A stretch of 63,973 bases of DNA, filler included, from Licmophora abbreviata (Eukaryota), in NCBI GenBank assembly GCA_900291995.1. It is 10 parts of 10 records of this genome, joined end to end, with 100 filler letters (N's around TTAATTAATTAA, not from the genome) between each part and the next. Parts side by side here need not be neighbours in the genome. Positions count along the whole stretch, not along the records: positions 57,405 to 61,544 come from OLMU01004770.1; positions 61,645 to 63,973 come from OLMU01004771.1; 8 more parts are not named here. One strand, given 5' to 3'. Under the pieces are notes generated by a model that was not told the DNA's origin, did no database searches, and was given only the letters and a program-made list of their open reading frames with translations. The position numbers were made by a program, and so were the translations under genes. Shown piece by piece: positions 59,919 through 63,973 of the stretch; position 1 is the first letter of the stretch, and every line of letters starts with the position of its first letter.

Positions 59919-60702
59919 GCGCTGTCGTCTCATTCGTGTTTTTACACAAATTTAGTTAGTTTAGGAAATGCATGTATTAGCGAGATTTGGCTTTGGCCAA
60001 CCAAGAAGCCCACATGTTTGCTTTCTCGCAAGTCGATAGAATGGCTTGGGCGTCCCCAAAGGCGCCAGCCACAGAGATAGAGAAAGAGTAGGCTGTCGGC
60101 ACACTTCAGATTCCATCGCTGGTATGCCGTCAAAGTCGCACCCTTCGGATAGCAGTAGAGTGAGTCGAGTCAGTCAAGTCGAGACTTGCTCGCCTCGCTC
60201 ACTTTTCCGCGCCAGTCAGCCTCACCCCAAAAATTCAAGAAATCCCTGTCCGGCGTCGGTTTTCGATTTTTCGATTTTTCGATCTTGACAGCATCAAGAT
60301 GGCGACGGGCGACGGTGCACTCTTCTTCTTGATGCAGAATCGCCGCTCTCTTTTTCATCACTCTCCGAAGTCACCAACCTAATACCAGATTACAGCTCAG
60401 CGTATCAGAGAATCCGAGATTTCACATTTGACAAAAAGATGACAATTCCAAATTCACGTTTCGTTCTATTCTTAATGGCGATCCGTCCACATTCGATCTC
60501 TCGCTGGCCGTGGGACAAGTGCGGTTGTTTCGATCGGTGACTTGGAAGCTTCGCAAGCAAATTTGTGAAAGGCGGACGTGTGTTGGTCCCAGAGGCATCC
60601 AGAGTCAACTTGCTTGGTAGTATAGATCGAAGAGTTTGAACCTATCGACATTGGTCTAAATTGCTTCTGAGAACGATGCTCATCCCGTCTAAATTCTGTG
60701 AC

Positions 60703-61064
60703 GGTACGCGTGTTCTCGTCCATGCGAAGCCGACCATCCGTGACTCGTGGGCGCTGCATTCCATCGACGGTTGGTACACCGGACCTGGCATGGAGGCGTA
60801 CCGGTGCTACAACGTGTGGATTTGGGAAACATGCAAGGAACGTATCTGCGACACCGTCTCGTGGTTCCCGACGAAAGTGCCTTTCCCGACAGTGTCCACC
60901 AACGAACGCATCCTCGCCGGGGTCCAGGACATCGTACAGCTTCTCCGGAATCACCAGCCCGATAACTCCTTGCCTCCACTTGAACCCACGCACGTCCAGG
61001 CTTAAACTGAACTCTCGACATTGCTAGCACAAACTCTCGATCCCGATGCCGCATCTCTGAGGGT
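60703..61064 (+). mobile_element. Degenerate Ty1/Copia (CoDi-like) pol fragment, post-integrase region
   Basis: GTRVLVHAKP..R.SWALH..DGWYTGPGMEAYRCY...ERICDTVSWFP; in-frame TAA at 61003-61005, then ...ASLRV. Confidence 0.75.
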
Positions 61065-61093
61065 GAAAGAGGGACAAGAAAAGAAGGGTGGGG

Positions 61094-61257
61094 GTAGTCG
61101 GCCATCAGGTCGTTGGGGTTGGTGTTGCGCATATCCAGCGGATTTCTGTCGGATCGCAACGAGCGCGCGTCATGGGAGCCAAGACGACACGATTCTTGAG
61201 CTCCTGGCCTCCGATCGTGACCTTGGTGAGCAGCTGAAGTTCAGGTTGGGCAGACAT
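61094..61257 (-). pseudogene. Truncated, frameshifted 5' copy of the OYE gene
   Basis: Encodes MSAQPELQLLTK...; CCAGCGGATTTCTG versus CCAGCGGGTCTTCTG in the intact gene (1-nt loss); breaks off next to the Copia fragment. Confidence 0.88.
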
Positions 61258-61644
61258 GGTGTTTTTCTTCTCTCTGAACTGTGGATTGGTTGCTTATGTT
61301 GTAGTAGTGTAGATTCGATTGTTTCGTAAGCTCGATCGGCTTGACTTTTCGTGAACACATCATTGGATTTCTGAGCTGGATTTCGCGGGAAGTCGATCGA
61401 ACTTTCGACGTCGAGGAAAATCCGGGTTGATCTTTGAAATCTACAGAGATCTCCGTATTGATTTTCTGTACACGTACGCCGTACAGTCGCTTGCGCATGT
61501 GCACTCGTCGAAAGTACCTGACGTCATGATGGCGTCTTTCAAGGNNNNNNNNNNNNNNNNNNNNNNNNNNNNNNNNNNNNNNNNNNNNTTAATTAATTAA
61601 NNNNNNNNNNNNNNNNNNNNNNNNNNNNNNNNNNNNNNNNNNNN

Positions 61645-62356
61645 CGAAGCGCTCTTGTTGGACGAAGGAATCTTGACGGAGCTTCGTACGGCAGCGGCAG
61701 GAGCCGTCGCGGCATCCCTACTCGCTCCGAAAGAAATTGGGTGCATTGGTATGGTGGGAACCGGCGTACAGGCTCGGTATCAACTTCAGCTGCTGCGACA
61801 AGTGACAGACTGTCGCAAAGTGTTGCTCTGGGGGCGTACTGAGGAACACGTCATGGGATTATGTAACGAATTGACACAAAAGGGCTGGCATGTGAATGTG
61901 GCAGAAACACCCAATGATGTCCTGGACCGGTGTAATCTGGTCGTCACGACCACCAGTTCTCGCCACGCATTGCTTTCACTGCGACATACATTCTCGCGGG
62001 GACGACACATTACCTGTATAGGGTCAGATGCTCCGGGGAAGAAAGAGCTGGACAATATGCTGGTCACAACATCCGATTTACTGGTCGCGGATAGTCTCCT
62101 ACAGACCGAGGAGCGCGGCGAGTTCCAACATGCCATTTCTGCTGGACTCATAGACAAGACAAACATCCTTGAACTTGGAGCGATCGTAGATCGACCAGAC
62201 CTACAGAGGGGAGACCACAGCGATCATCGATTGACCATCTTCGATTCGTCTGGTGTTGCCGTACAGGACTGTGTGATTGCCACCATGGTGTACGAGGCTC
62301 TGATCGAAAAGGAGGTCCATTCGGTCGACAATACAGCCGAGAGTAACCAGAGGTAA
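61645..62356 (+). CDS. Ornithine cyclodeaminase / mu-crystallin family protein, 5'-truncated
   Basis: LTELRTAAAGA, VGTGVQA, IGSDAPGKKEL, TIFDSSGVAVQD. Confidence 0.9.
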
Positions 62357-62777
62357 CGCTTTTTTAAAAATAAGAAAGCCATTCTGTGGGAAGAAGGAAA
62401 AAGGCGCTGGTGGCTCATAGATGGTGGTCGAATCAAGATGGCACCCATGGAAGGTCATAGAGTAGTGTAGCACTGCGTCCACCTGACCATCGGTTTCTGT
62501 TGCGTGAACGGACGACGAGGTAGCTACGGTGCATCGTCCATCAGTCTGTTGAGTTTTTCGCCTCTCATGAGATCGGTGCCCGACCGAATCTTTCAAGAAT
62601 CTTCCGATGCGTCCAAAATGTCTGACGCAATTCGGATCTCGTGCCGTTCTGCGATGTCACGCCATGATGGGAGAAATGTGGCCGACAAGAATCGCTCTTC
62701 TTCGACCCCCGTTTACTCTCCTGACACCTGTTCGCTCTGCATCGACTGCTCAGTGAATGACGTGAAATTTGATTACA

Positions 62778-63328
62778 ATGGCGAATCCAGAAGAAGACTT
62801 CGAAGGTTACATGGCAGACCTTGCCGCGGCCGAAACAGCGCGAGCCGAAACTACAGCTCAATGGGAGGCACATATGGTAGGAGGGAAATTTATTCCTATT
62901 TTGAATTGGTGACAGAGAACTCACAGTGCTAACTCTGTGTGTCTTGTTGGTCTCGTGTACAGATATGGAGAAATTCGACACTGGCAGGGAGAACTGTCTC
63001 GACAATCCAACGGGTGGCCGGCTATTTCAAGCCCTTTTTCGACGCTGTTGCGGACGCGCTTAGGGAAGAAAAGTCTATCTTTTCAAGAATTCTAGGACAC
63101 AGCGTACGCCTAGCGACTGTCTTTGCTGTCCTTCTCTCTGTCTATGCCTTTGGAAGGTTGCTGCAGATGCTCATCGGAAAGGAAATTCTCATCGAAGAAG
63201 AAGTTGAGGTAGTGGAGGAGATCACAGTCAGCGAGCTTGAAAAGGAGAAACAGGCTGCGACCATCACAGTGGAAGGGAAAAGCTCTACCATACGAAGACG
63301 AACAGCAAAAGACCGAAAGGGAAACTGA
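62778..63328 (+). CDS. Small hypothetical membrane protein; intron 62877-62962
   Basis: ATG exon MANPEEDFEG... splices in phase 0 to the 62939 ORF; one TM segment and an acidic/basic tail. Confidence 0.65.
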
Positions 63329-63376
63329 GATGGTTCAACTGTCGACGTGTCAGTAGCTAGGAGTACAGAACTAGTG

Positions 63377-63973
63377 TCATCGGTTTGAGGATCGCACGCG
63401 CCCACCACGACCTCCCCTTGCATTGTAAGAGCCTCGTCCGCCATTTCGTCCACCACCTCGCGACCGACCGCGTCCTCCTTGATGACTTGCCCTATGATCC
63501 CGCCGGTCCGAATTCTGAATCTCTCCTCCTGTCCATGGCCGAACGATGTCGGCACCGCTGGGCTCGGGTGCTGGCTTGAATTCGCGGGCCAACAGGGCGC
63601 TTACGGCTTGTATCAGCGCCTTTCCCTCTTCCGTGCCGGTGACATCTTCTTCTGGAGAAATAATCTTTTTCAAGAGAATACTTTCCATTTGAGCGCGCAG
63701 GTGCTTTACTAACGTGGCCGACTTGGCGTCGATTCGAAACTTGAGCCAATCGTCAATCGTCACCACGCCATGAGTATGGTACACTTTCAGTGAGCCGCCA
63801 AACAGCAGCAGAGCAAACTCGCTCACAGTAGTGCAGTCTCGTACGTATGTCTTGCTTGTTCTGACAATTTCATGGTAGCAGCAGTAGCGACTATCAAGCC
63901 GCTTCTCCGAATGCACAATCGTGCAAGGATGGAGGTAAACTTCGCCTTTCAAGCTCTGGAACGTGCATTCGCC
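63377..63973 (-). CDS. C-terminus of a DEAH/RHA helicase (DHX36/DHX57-like OB-fold) with RGG tail
   Basis: VYLHP, YHEIVRTSKTYVRDCTTVS..ALLLFGG, IDDWLKF; RGG-rich end; 5' part lies outside the window. Confidence 0.85.
   Translation of the reverse strand, partial: GECTFQSLKGEVYLHPCTIVHSEKRLDSRYCCYHEIVRTSKTYVRDCTTVSEFALLLFGGSLKVYHTHGVVTIDDWLKFRIDAKSATLVKHLRAQMESILLKKIISPEEDVTGTEEGKALIQAVSALLAREFKPAPEPSGADIVRPWTGGEIQNSDRRDHRASHQGGRGRSRGGGRNGGRGSYNARGGRGGRVRSSNR

Noticed and set aside
61519..61526. TGACGTCA bZIP/aureochrome-type site upstream of the OYE copy
   Set aside because: A single 8-mer is expected by chance in 64 kb and there is no supporting evidence.
1..63973. tRNA, rRNA, CRISPR arrays and the many short overlapping ORFs in the track
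   Set aside because: No RNA-gene or CRISPR signatures were recognised by eye. The short ORFs are alternative-frame or antisense shadows of the genes called.

Overview
Eukaryotic nuclear DNA, most likely from a diatom: compact genes, short spliceosomal introns, ASAFAP-type plastid leaders, a CoDi-like Copia fragment and diatom-style LRR/RING proteins. Ten sequence pieces are joined by nine artificial 100-nt spacers (N44-TTAATTAATTAA-N44); at least four spacers fall inside a continuous gene, so much of the order is probably real. About 28 genes are recognisable, mostly housekeeping (sideroflexin, GLRX3, ATG1, PRP28/DDX23, HOT/ADHFE1, ABC-F, UbiE-type methylase, GH5 glucanase, old yellow enzyme). 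The standout is one ~10 kb gene (49998-59918, about 3,150 aa after splicing) that the ORF track splits into four pieces. It fuses an AIG1/GIMAP-like GTPase, a long helical region, an HPD J-domain, a SecA-like SF2 ATPase and a C-terminal vWA domain. It lies with a decayed Copia fragment between two direct copies of the OYE 5' end and promoter, which suggests an accessory insertion. Other notable items are an LRR membrane protein with one repeat per phase-1 exon, two GC-AG introns, two single-base frameshifts, a tail-to-tail RING-H2 paralog pair and a FANCB-like gene. All family calls come from motif recognition by eye; no searches were run.
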